This document shows, piece by piece, positions 10,465-19,578 of a stretch of DNA of 64,000 nt. Each line of letters starts with the position of its first letter. The stretch's first letter is position 1. Origin of the DNA: Candidatus Eiseniibacteriota bacterium (lineage in GTDB: Bacteria > Eisenbacteria > RBG-16-71-46). The stretch lies in contig JACOSV010000016.1 of the NCBI GenBank assembly GCA_016178725.1, forward strand, positions 11,132-75,131. Direction: 5' to 3'. The notes under the pieces were generated by a model, which had not been told where the DNA came from, made no database searches, and worked only from the letters and a program-made list of their open reading frames with translations. The position numbers and the translations under genes are program-made.

Positions 10465-11160
10465 GTGCGCGCGACGCTCCCCGCACCCGCTCGACGGCCC
10501 GCGCGGGCCGTGCCCTGGCCGGCGCTCGCGCTCGCGGCGCTGGCGCTGGCCGCGGCGCGCCCGGCGCTCGCGCTCGATCTCGTCGTCTCGCCGGCGCGCG
10601 AGAAGAACGGCCTCGTGATGGTGGACGTGCGGCTTCAGGACATCTTCGCGCCCCGCATCGCCGAGAGCCTCTCCCGCGGCATGCCGGCGACGGTGCGCAT
10701 GCATGCCGAGCTGTGGCGCCGGCGCAGCATGTGGTTCGACAAGATGGAGCGCAGCGTGGACGCCGAGGTGCGCATCCGCTACGACGTCTGGACCGACCGC
10801 TACCTGCTCGAACGCGAGGGCGCCGATCCCATTCAGTCGCCGTCGGTGGACTCCGTCGCGTCGGTGCTGTCCCGGCCGTGGGCGCTCGCGGTCGGCCGCG
10901 TCGGCCAGCTCGCGCCGCACGCGCGCTACTACGTCGCGATCTCGACCACGCTGCGCCCGCTCACGGTCGAGGATCTCGCGGAGGTCGAGGGCTGGCTCTC
11001 GGGCGAGGTCGCCGACAAGCGCCGCGCCGGCTTCGGCCTGATCACCGAGATCCCGCGCTCGCTGTTCGACGCGGTGCGCAACGTCGCCGGCTTCGGCGAC
11101 CAGCACGCGCGCGACGACACGCCCGACTTCGAGTTGAAGGACCTGTTCGCGAAGCGGTAG
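10465..11160 (+). CDS. DUF4390-family protein
   Basis: Track ORF with a signal peptide. The pattern GMPATVRMHAELWRRRSMWFDK...RIRYDVWTDRYLL matches the DUF4390 family, which is known to sit next to ntrY/ntrX in other bacteria. Confidence 0.65.
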   Translation: MRATLPAPARRPARAVPWPALALAALALAAARPALALDLVVSPAREKNGLVMVDVRLQDIFAPRIAESLSRGMPATVRMHAELWRRRSMWFDKMERSVDAEVRIRYDVWTDRYLLEREGADPIQSPSVDSVASVLSRPWALAVGRVGQLAPHARYYVAISTTLRPLTVEDLAEVEGWLSGEVADKRRAGFGLITEIPRSLFDAVRNVAGFGDQHARDDTPDFELKDLFAKR

Positions 11161-11163
11161 GCG

Positions 11164-12177
11164 TCAGCGCACGCGCGTGACGCGCAGCGCGGCGCCGCCG
11201 TCGCGGGCGCGCGCGAAGAATGCGCCGGCCGCAGCCGGCACGCCGCGCGCGTCGCGTCCGTCCCACGTCCACGTCGCGCCCGAGGGGCTCATCGTGGGCG
11301 CGAGTGTCGCGATGCGGCGGCCGCTCACGTCGAACAGATCGAGCGCCGCGGGCGCCGCGGCGCCGCCGCGCGCGAACCGCACCGGGCCGTTCGAGGGATT
11401 GGGATAGCACGCGAGCGCCGTGGCGAGCGGCGCGCCGGCGGCGAGATCGCGCATGAAGTCGCCGAGCCCCTGCACCGTCGCGGGCGGCGCGATCGCCGAG
11501 TTCTCGATCGTGCCCGAGTAGTTGGCGAGCGCGTCGCCGAACAGCGCGCGGAAGTCCTCCGCGAAGATCTCGTGCGGCCGGTCGGCGTGGATCCCCGACT
11601 CGCAGTACACGGCCGTGTTCTCGATCCCGCGCAGTGTGCGGTAACGCGACCACGCGCCGGCGTCCGCATCCGGCATGCGCGCGTACTGGACGACGTGCCC
11701 GAGCTCGTGCACGAACTCGGCGTGCTGGCGCTCGGGCAGGACCGGCAGGACGCCGGGCGAGAGCAGGATCAGCTCGGGGCCCGCGACCGACTGGAGACCG
11801 TCGCGGCGCGGATACGGGAGCAGGAACACGTCGGCGCAGACGCCGTCGAGCGGATAGCGCACCGCGGTGAGCGCGGCGCGGACCTCGACGTCATCGAACG
11901 GATGGAAGCTGCCGTCGCCGGGATTCGTGATCGCCGGGTCTGCGGTCGACGTGATCAGCTCGAAGCGGGCGCCGCCCGGGAGCACGAGCCATAGCGCGCC
12001 GTCCTGCGTCACGCAGTAGTTGCGCAGCGTCTCCTCGGCGCCGTGGATCGTGAACCGCACCGCCCTGCCGCTGACGCCGATCTCGGACGCGTGGGCCGCG
12101 AACGCGACGAGCAGGAGGGCGAGCGTGCTCGCGATCAGGCCGATCGCGGCGCGGCGCATGATGGCGAGGGCATCCAT
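11164..12177 (-). CDS. secreted HExxH metallopeptidase-like protein with FlgD-Ig/T9SS-type C-terminal domain
   Basis: Track ORF with a signal peptide. Contains FVHELGHVVQY (HExxH). The C-terminal block is YPNPSNGPVRF...LDLFDVSGRRIATL...WDGRDARGVPAAAGAFFAR. An alternative start is M7 at 12159. Confidence 0.65.
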   Translation of the reverse strand: MDALAIMRRAAIGLIASTLALLLVAFAAHASEIGVSGRAVRFTIHGAEETLRNYCVTQDGALWLVLPGGARFELITSTADPAITNPGDGSFHPFDDVEVRAALTAVRYPLDGVCADVFLLPYPRRDGLQSVAGPELILLSPGVLPVLPERQHAEFVHELGHVVQYARMPDADAGAWSRYRTLRGIENTAVYCESGIHADRPHEIFAEDFRALFGDALANYSGTIENSAIAPPATVQGLGDFMRDLAAGAPLATALACYPNPSNGPVRFARGGAAAPAALDLFDVSGRRIATLAPTMSPSGATWTWDGRDARGVPAAAGAFFARARDGGAALRVTRVR

Positions 12178-12190
12178 GCCACCTCATCAA

Positions 12191-12206
12191 CGCCACATCC
12201 GTGCCA
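12191..12206 (-). promoter_or_regulatory. candidate sigma-54-type promoter (TGGCACG-N4-TGGCG)
   Basis: The minus strand reads TGGCACGGATGTGGCG, with GG and GC at consensus spacing. It lies only 14 nt before the ATG at 12177, which implies a near-leaderless transcript or use of the downstream ATG at 12159. The -24 element is formed at the junction of a 2 x 9-bp tandem duplication (12196-12213). Confidence 0.3.
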
Positions 12207-12396
12207 TCCGTGCGCTCCGCACGGCGCCGGCGCCCGGCCGCGGGCGGCGGGGCCAAGCGCTTGCCGGACCGGCGATTGGACGGGATCGCCCGGGGGCGTT
12301 CCGAGGCCGATTCCCCGGCGCGGCGGGCGGCGCCGGGGCGCGTTCGGGGCATCTCCCCCACGTCACCCCTCGGGGCGGTGGGAATTCGCGCCGAGG

Positions 12397-13548
12397 CTAG
12401 CTCGTCGCGGGCGGCGCCGCGGCGCCGGGGATCGCGCCGGCGACGGCGGCGCGACCGTGCCACGCCACGTCGCGCGGCCGCGTGCCGAATCGCGAGAGCA
12501 GGAACGCGCCGGTGCCGAGCGAGCCGAGGCCGAGCAGGAGCAGTGCCCCCGAGAGCGTGAAGAACAGCGCCGCGGGATGGCCGAAGCCGCTGCTCACGGC
12601 GAACACCGCGCCGGCCCCGAGCAGGAGGGCGACGAACAGCGTGCCGATCGCGAGCGGGCCGACCATGCCGTCGGCGAGCGAGCGCCGCATGAGGCGCGCG
12701 CCGAGCACCGCGGTCGCCGCGAGCTGCCCGGCGTAGCCGATCAGCACGTAGAACATCGGCAGCAGGATGGCGAGCGGGATGCCGATCACGGTGACGAGCA
12801 GCAGCGCGAGCGCCACGAAGAACATCGGCACCGAGAGCACGCCGAGGAAGAACGACGCCGCGGGCCGGCGCTCGACCACGGTCGCGACGCGCAGCATGCC
12901 GGTCGGGAACAGCAGCGCGAAGATCCATCCCGCGAACACCGAGACCACCCAGCCGATCGCGATCGCGAACATCATCACCGGCAGCGCCGGCAGCCCCCAG
13001 GTGAACGGCGAGAACCCGAGCGAAACGCTCTCGCCGTCGATGACGGCGCCCTGCGCCTGATCGAGGCCGCCGCCGATGCTCACCGCGTCGCCGTGGATGC
13101 GCGCGCCGGGACGGACGTGGACCGAGCCGAGCACGGCGACCACGTCGCCCGTGACCTCGCCCGTGACGTCGACCGAGCCGCACACCGCGACCACGTCGCC
13201 GTCCACCCGCTTGCCCGCGGGCACCGTGGCGTCGGAGAGGATGCGCACGACGCCGGTGCCGGCCTCGTCGAACTCGACGATGCGGCTGTGGATCCGGTTG
13301 CGGATGCGGTTGTGGATGCGGCGGCCGATGCGGTCGCTGGTCCAGTCGTCCGCGGCGGCGCTGCTGTCGGTGCCGTTGCTCCGCTCGACGATGATGCCGC
13401 GGGGCGAGATGCTCACGCTGCGCACCGTCTCGCCGCTGTCGGCGACGGCGCGCGCGCGCGCCTCGGCGGCGGCCGGCGCGATCAGGCTCGCGGCGACCAG
13501 CGCCGCGGCGACCAGGGCCGCGGCGATCACCGGCGCGGCGGCGCGCAT
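12397..13548 (-). CDS. membrane protein with bactofilin-like (polymer-forming cytoskeletal) beta-helix repeats and a polytopic C-terminal domain
   Basis: Track ORF 12397..13581. ATG at 13548 gives a signal/anchor MRAAAPVIAAALVAAALVAA. Repeats are GDVVAVCGSVDVTGEVTGDVVAVLGSVHVRPGARIHGDAVSIGGG. About 6 hydrophobic helices follow. Confidence 0.6.
   Translation of the reverse strand: MRAAAPVIAAALVAAALVAASLIAPAAAEARARAVADSGETVRSVSISPRGIIVERSNGTDSSAAADDWTSDRIGRRIHNRIRNRIHSRIVEFDEAGTGVVRILSDATVPAGKRVDGDVVAVCGSVDVTGEVTGDVVAVLGSVHVRPGARIHGDAVSIGGGLDQAQGAVIDGESVSLGFSPFTWGLPALPVMMFAIAIGWVVSVFAGWIFALLFPTGMLRVATVVERRPAASFFLGVLSVPMFFVALALLLVTVIGIPLAILLPMFYVLIGYAGQLAATAVLGARLMRRSLADGMVGPLAIGTLFVALLLGAGAVFAVSSGFGHPAALFFTLSGALLLLGLGSLGTGAFLLSRFGTRPRDVAWHGRAAVAGAIPGAAAPPATS
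13279..13338. repeat. 5 x 12-bp in-frame tandem repeat (GATGCGGNTGNG-type)
   Basis: The units are gatgcggctgtg, gatccggttgcg, gatgcggttgtg, gatgcggcggcc and gatgcggtcgct. They encode SDRIGRRIHNRIRNRIHSRI, an R-I pattern with a period of 4 residues, inside the bactofilin-like protein. Confidence 0.7.
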
Positions 13549-13558
13549 CGGGCGACGA

Positions 13559-14182
13559 TCAGAAGCCGAGGATGCCGACATGACGGTCCCTCCGGACGAT
13601 GCGCACCGGGCGCGGCCGCATCCAGACGAGCAGCGTGGCGCTGGCCGCGAACGACGCCCACAGCGTGCCGGCGAACCACGGATCGCCGCCGAGGCTCGCG
13701 AGCGCGCGCAGCGCCGGCAGGATCCAGCCCGCCATCGTCCCGAGCACGCCGAGCCCGTGGTGGAGCCGCAGCGCCGAGGACGTGACCGCCTCGAGCGTGA
13801 ACAGGCCGACGCGGATCAGCTGGCTGTAGGCGCCGCCGACCAGCCGCCCGAGCGTCGCGGGGGTCTCGGGCCGGATGATCCACGAGATGAACGCGAACGT
13901 GCTGACGGCCGAGACCGCGGTGTAGCACCAGCCGAGCACGGTGACCTGGCGGCGCCGCACGCGCGACGGCGCGACGCGGTCGAGGATGCGCTCGGTGAGC
14001 CGGGGCCCCGGATCGCGCGCGGGCGAGACGGCGAGGTGCGCGAACAGGCGCCGCAGCGAGGCGGCCTCGCGCGCGCAGTCGCGGCATCCCGCGAGGTGCG
14101 CCTCGATCACGAGCGAAGCGGCCGGCGGCAGGTCGCCGTCGAGCCACGCCTCGATCCGATCGGTCTCGGGACAACGCTTCAT
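13559..14182 (-). CDS. anti-sigma factor, zf-HC2 type, membrane-anchored
   Basis: Track ORF. N-terminal HLAGCRDC is the H-x3-C-x2-C motif. Several TM segments follow. The start overlaps the sigma-factor stop by 4 nt. Confidence 0.75.
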   Translation of the reverse strand: MKRCPETDRIEAWLDGDLPPAASLVIEAHLAGCRDCAREAASLRRLFAHLAVSPARDPGPRLTERILDRVAPSRVRRRQVTVLGWCYTAVSAVSTFAFISWIIRPETPATLGRLVGGAYSQLIRVGLFTLEAVTSSALRLHHGLGVLGTMAGWILPALRALASLGGDPWFAGTLWASFAASATLLVWMRPRPVRIVRRDRHVGILGF

Positions 14183-14748
14183 TTCGGTTCACCCTCGATC
14201 CGGGCCTTGAGCAGCGCCCGCGCCCGGTGGATCCGGGCCTTCACGGTGCCGAGCGGCATCTGCAGCGCCTCGGCGATCTCCTCGTACGACAGGTCCTGCT
14301 GGTGCCGCAGGATCACGACGATGCGGTAGTGGGGCGGCAGCGCATCGATCATCCCGACGACGCGCCGTTCCTCTTCCGCGTGGGTGGCGACCTCGTCGGG
14401 CTTGAGCCCCGGGTCCTGCACCTCGATCTCGTATTCCTCCTCGGTGTCCCGCTCGCGCTGGGTCAGCGAGATCGGGCTGACCTTGCGCCTGCGAATGTGG
14501 TCGATCGAAAGCCGTGTCGCGATCGTCATCAGCCAGGCGGCGAAGGACCGTGTCGGATCGTATCGGGAGAGCGCCCGGAACATCCGGACGAACGTCTCCT
14601 GGGTCAGATCCTCCGCGTCGGCGGGCCGGCGCACCATCCGCAGTGCCAGGGAGTACACCTGCGCCTGGTACATCTCCACGAGCTCCCGGTACGCCTTCTC
14701 GTCGCCCGCCAGGCACCGCCGGACGAGTCCCGCCTCCGGCCCGCTCAC
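14179..14748 (-). CDS. ECF (group 4) RNA polymerase sigma factor
   Basis: Track ORF with a GTG start. Region 2 is DLTQETFVRMFRAL. Region 4 is LSYEEIAEALQMPLGTVKARIHRAR. Confidence 0.9.
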   Translation of the reverse strand: MSGPEAGLVRRCLAGDEKAYRELVEMYQAQVYSLALRMVRRPADAEDLTQETFVRMFRALSRYDPTRSFAAWLMTIATRLSIDHIRRRKVSPISLTQRERDTEEEYEIEVQDPGLKPDEVATHAEEERRVVGMIDALPPHYRIVVILRHQQDLSYEEIAEALQMPLGTVKARIHRARALLKARIEGEPK

Positions 14749-14771
14749 GGGTCCCGATTCTCTAGGTGCGC

Positions 14772-14799
14772 TTACGCGCGGCGGCGGCGCCGGGTTTCA
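14772..14799 (-). promoter_or_regulatory. candidate ECF-type autoregulatory promoter (TGAAAC-N17-CGTAA)
   Basis: On the minus strand, TGAAAC (14799-14794) is followed after 17 nt by CGTAA (14776-14772). It lies about 24 nt upstream of the GTG at 14748 and resembles the classical ECF -35 GAAAC / -10 CGT motifs. Confidence 0.35.
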
Positions 14800-14914
14800 T
14801 GGCGCGGCACCATACGCAGCGTTTCAAGGACCGGTCAAGACCGCGGCCCCCGGGGCCGTGCACGATGCACAGCCCAACCGCGCGCCGGGCGCGCTCGCCA
14901 CCCCCTTCCGGTCC

Positions 14915-16241
<1,327 letters not shown>

Positions 16242-16274
16242 CCGCGCGCGATTCGAAGGAGACGAAGGACCGTC

Positions 16275-16634
16275 ATGAGCGACATCGGACGTCGCATCCA
16301 GCGTTATCGCCTCTCCCGCTACGCCATCCCCGGCGGCGGATTCGGCCGGCTGCCGCGCTGGCTGTGGCTGATCGTCGGCGCGTGGCTCGTCTACCTGACG
16401 GTGTTCAGCGAGCACAGCCTCTATCGCATCTGGCGCATGAGCGACGAGAGCCACCGCGCCGGCCGCGACCTCGAGGCGACGCGCCGCGAGATCGACCGGC
16501 TCGACCGGCAGGCGCACGATCCGAAGGCGCGGCTGCGCGAGACCGAGCAGGCGCTGCGAAAGGACGGCTTCGCGCGCCCGGGCGAGATCATCTACCGCCT
16601 CGAGAAGAGCAAGCCCGACAGCCTCGCCCGGTGA
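16275..16634 (+). CDS. ftsB: septum formation initiator family protein (FtsB/DivIC-like)
   Basis: Track ORF with a single TM (LPRWLWLIVGAWLVYLTVF) followed by a coiled-coil. Its position directly after eno is the common eno-ftsB arrangement. Confidence 0.6.
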   Translation: MSDIGRRIQRYRLSRYAIPGGGFGRLPRWLWLIVGAWLVYLTVFSEHSLYRIWRMSDESHRAGRDLEATRREIDRLDRQAHDPKARLRETEQALRKDGFARPGEIIYRLEKSKPDSLAR

Positions 16635-16666
16635 GCCCGATCGGCCGCGCCGCCGGCGCCGCGTGG

Positions 16667-17416
16667 CTAGAGGCCGATGCCGAACGACATGCGGAACCCC
16701 GCCCCGCCCGCGTCGAGCGTGAGCGGCCGGCCGCTCGGATCCAGCATCGGCAGGCCGGTCTGCTCGTTGATGAGATTGCGGACGACGTTGCTCCGGTAGT
16801 AGGCGGACAGCAGCACCGAGTAGCGCGAGGCGAAGAACATGTGCCCGCCGAACTCGCCGTAGTAACCGGGGCCGTCGTTGGTGCCGGTCGTGCTGGTCGA
16901 CGGATCGGGCGCGATGCCGTACGAGCTCACGGCGATGCTCGCGCGGTTGTAGACCACGCTCGAGAACCCGCCGCCGAGGAACGCGCGCGCCTGGAAGTCG
17001 CCCGAGTTGAACGGCGCGAGGTAGTAGGCGACCCCGGCGTGGACCGGGACCGAGGTGATCGCCGCCTCGAAGTCGATGCTCTTGCCGATGCCCGGCAGAT
17101 ACGTCTGGTGCGACCGGGCCTTGAGCTGGCCGAACCCGAAGCTCACCGCCACGTTCTGGCGCACGAAGTAGCGCGCCTCGGCGTCGAAGAGCCACGAGAA
17201 CTGGATCTTGTCGAGCGGCTCGAGCCCGCGCGGGTCGAGCTGCGTCGCGTTGACGTATCCGATCACGTCGTTGAAATCACTGGCCGCGATCTGCGTCGGA
17301 ATGGCCGAGAGCATGAAGCTGAAGCGGTGGACCTCGGCCGCGGCCGAGGCGGCCGGGACGCGCCAGGCGAGCGCGAGCAGCAGGGCCGCGGGCACTGCGG
17401 CGTGCCGGATGCGCAT
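16667..17416 (-). CDS. outer-membrane beta-barrel protein (hypothetical)
   Basis: The internal ATG at 17416 is preceded by GGAGG. Signal peptide is MRIRHAAVPAALLLALAWRVPAASAAAE. The body is Gly/aromatic-rich with alternating strands. The C-terminus is ...GFRMSFGIGL. Confidence 0.6.
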   Translation of the reverse strand: MRIRHAAVPAALLLALAWRVPAASAAAEVHRFSFMLSAIPTQIAASDFNDVIGYVNATQLDPRGLEPLDKIQFSWLFDAEARYFVRQNVAVSFGFGQLKARSHQTYLPGIGKSIDFEAAITSVPVHAGVAYYLAPFNSGDFQARAFLGGGFSSVVYNRASIAVSSYGIAPDPSTSTTGTNDGPGYYGEFGGHMFFASRYSVLLSAYYRSNVVRNLINEQTGLPMLDPSGRPLTLDAGGAGFRMSFGIGL

Positions 17417-17549
17417 GAAGACGAAACCTCCGAGAGGGTCGTGGGACGTGAGGCGTGGAGCCCTAGGATCCCGGTCGAGCGGCGCAGCATAGCCACCGCC
17501 TCCGGACGGCGCAACCCGTGATTGCGCTTGGCGAAGCGCCCGCGGCGGC

Positions 17550-17578
17550 TTGACAGGCCGGCGGCTTCGCCCTAGGGT
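17550..17578 (+). promoter_or_regulatory. candidate sigma-70-type promoter of tRNA-fMet (TTGACA-N17-TAGGGT)
   Basis: A perfect -35 TTGACA (17550-17555), a 17-nt spacer, and TAGGGT (17573-17578). The tRNA 5' end is 13 nt downstream. Confidence 0.5.
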
Positions 17579-17590
17579 CTGGGCCATTGA

Positions 17591-17667
<77 letters not shown>

Positions 17668-17671
17668 ACGT

Positions 17672-17699
17672 CGCCCCGGCGGGTCCGCCCGCCGGGGCG
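17672..17699. terminator. GC-rich hairpin, probable bidirectional terminator between tRNA-fMet and ctaG
   Basis: CGCCCCGGCGGG-tccg-CCCGCCGGGGCG, a perfect 12-bp stem, lies between convergent transcription units. Only a weak T-run (ATTT) follows. Confidence 0.6.
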
Positions 17700-17731
17700 C
17701 GACCATTTCGGCGCCGCGGCCGGCGCCGGGA

Positions 17732-18625
17732 TCAGCGTTCCGCGGCCGCCGCCTCGCGCTCGCGCGCCTCGCGCGCGTCGTTCTCGCCCTCGCGCTTCAC
17801 CCAGGCGAAGTAGACGATGCTCATCGCCGCCCAGTAGAAGAGCCCGCCCGGCACCCACATCAGCATGCCGCCGTAGCGCTGGTCGTCGAGCGGCGTGATC
17901 CCGAGCACGCGCGGCGATCCGCTGTACCACGGATAGAGCACGACGTCGGCCAGCGTGATCATCGCCGCGACCAGCATCATCGGCACGCCAATCAGGAACA
18001 GGTAGAGCATCTGGCCGCCGTGCGGCAGCCGCGGGAACTCGCGCATCGGCGACAGGATCGGCCACCACATGATCACCGCCGTCACCATGAACTGGACGTG
18101 CGTGACGATGTGCACGTTGTGGTTGCGCATCATCAGGTCGTACGCGGGCTGCACGTGCCAGCCGGTGAACGAGAGCGTGAACAGCGCGAACGCGACCGCC
18201 GGCCGCGTCAGGAATCCGGCGATCGACTGCACCCAGCGCGGGCGGACGAGCGGCGAGAGCGCGAAGTTCGGAACGCCGAGCAGCAGGAGCGGCGGCATGA
18301 GCTGCGTCAGCATCAGGTGCTGCGCCATGTGGACGCTGAACAGGTAGTAGTCGCTCAAGTCGTGGATCGGACCGTTGAGCGCGAAGAAGGCGACCGTCAA
18401 CCCGAGGAAGAACGACGCGATCCGCCACGGCGGGACCGGCTCGGCGTCCGCGAGGCGGCGGCGCATCGGCCCGATCGCCCACAGGTAGAGGATCGCGAGC
18501 ACCGCGATCCCGACCAGCGTGCTGACGTGGTACTCCCAGCGATGCCAGTCGAACGGCGGGATCGGCCGGCCGAAGCGGTCGAGGCCGCTGCGGACCAGCG
18601 TCGCATCGGGGATGTGGAGGATCAA
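17732..18625 (-). CDS. ctaG: cytochrome c oxidase assembly protein CtaG (caa3-type, COG3336-like)
   Basis: Track ORF encoding a polytopic membrane protein, with HMAQHLMLTQLMPPLLLLG and WWPILSP motifs. It sits at the end of the cta cluster. Confidence 0.7.
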   Translation of the reverse strand: MILHIPDATLVRSGLDRFGRPIPPFDWHRWEYHVSTLVGIAVLAILYLWAIGPMRRRLADAEPVPPWRIASFFLGLTVAFFALNGPIHDLSDYYLFSVHMAQHLMLTQLMPPLLLLGVPNFALSPLVRPRWVQSIAGFLTRPAVAFALFTLSFTGWHVQPAYDLMMRNHNVHIVTHVQFMVTAVIMWWPILSPMREFPRLPHGGQMLYLFLIGVPMMLVAAMITLADVVLYPWYSGSPRVLGITPLDDQRYGGMLMWVPGGLFYWAAMSIVYFAWVKREGENDAREAREREAAAAER

Positions 18626-18634
18626 CGAGCGCTC

Positions 18635-18946
18635 TTAGAAGACTCCGAACAGCTTCATCAGCGCGAGGATCACGGCGGCCGCGAGGATCATCGGCATCAC
18701 GAAGAGCCACGAGAACAGGCGGTGGTCGAACTTGAGGTGCATGTAGAACATGACCACCAGCGTGAACTTCAGCGCCGAGAGTGTCAGCAGGCTCGGGACC
18801 AGCACCGGGTGCATCTGCGGGATGTAGAAGATCGCCACCTCGAACGCCGTGATCACGGTGAGGATGACGGCGATCCCGACGTACGCCTTGGCGCCGGGAT
18901 GCGCGTGCTCGCTCGTCGCGTGTTCCCCGTGCTCGTGGTCCGTCAT
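18635..18946 (-). CDS. cytochrome c oxidase subunit IV family protein
   Basis: Track ORF, 103 aa, three TM helices, with LKFTLVVMFYMHLKFD typical of bacterial CoxIV/CtaF. It follows subunit III. Confidence 0.7.
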   Translation of the reverse strand: MTDHEHGEHATSEHAHPGAKAYVGIAVILTVITAFEVAIFYIPQMHPVLVPSLLTLSALKFTLVVMFYMHLKFDHRLFSWLFVMPMILAAAVILALMKLFGVF

Positions 18947-18956
18947 GGCTCCTCCC

Positions 18957-19559
18957 CTACTGGATCAGATAGACGAGGGTGAAGATCGCGATCCAGACGA
19001 TGTCGACGAAGTGCCAGTAGAGGCCGGCGATCTCGACGTCGAGCGCCTTCTCCTTCGGGATCTTCCCGCGCACCGCGAGCGTGAACAACGTCCACAGCCA
19101 GATGACGCCGACCGTGACGTGCGTGCCGTGGAAGCCGGTGAGCACGAAGAACGTGCTGCCGAAGAGATTGGTCTGGAGGTGCAGGCCCTTGTAGAAGAAC
19201 TCGGTGAACTCGTAGCACTGGCCGCCGACGAACGTCATGCCGAGCAGCGCCGTCGCCGCGAGCCACAGCGATCCCTTCTTCTGGTCGCCGCGCTGGATCG
19301 CGGCGAGCGCGAGCACCATCGTGAGGCTGCTCATGAGCAGCACGAAGGCGCTGAACGACGTGAACGGGATCGAGAAGATCTCGTGCGGGTGCGGCCCCAC
19401 CTGATCGCGGCCGCGGTAGACGAGGTAGGTCGCGATCAGCGACCCGAAGAACATGCACTCCGAGCCGAGGAACGCCCAGAACAGCATCTTCCGGCTGTTG
19501 AGGCCGGTGCTGGTCGGCGGATGCGCTGCGTGCGGTACAGCGTGCGCGGCGACGGCCAC
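18957..19559 (-). CDS. ctaE: cytochrome c oxidase subunit III
   Basis: Track ORF. Contains FFGSLIATYLVYR, GFHGTHVTVGVIWL and YWHFVDIVW. Confidence 0.9.
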   Translation of the reverse strand: MAVAAHAVPHAAHPPTSTGLNSRKMLFWAFLGSECMFFGSLIATYLVYRGRDQVGPHPHEIFSIPFTSFSAFVLLMSSLTMVLALAAIQRGDQKKGSLWLAATALLGMTFVGGQCYEFTEFFYKGLHLQTNLFGSTFFVLTGFHGTHVTVGVIWLWTLFTLAVRGKIPKEKALDVEIAGLYWHFVDIVWIAIFTLVYLIQ

Positions 19560-19578
19560 GTCTAGGCTCCTTCCGGCG

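Noticed and set aside
13279-13338. Short tandem repeats (here and at 47039..47098) as a CRISPR array or minisatellite locus
   Set aside because: The units are 12 and 15 bp with no spacers. They lie in frame inside coding sequences, and no cas genes occur in the window.
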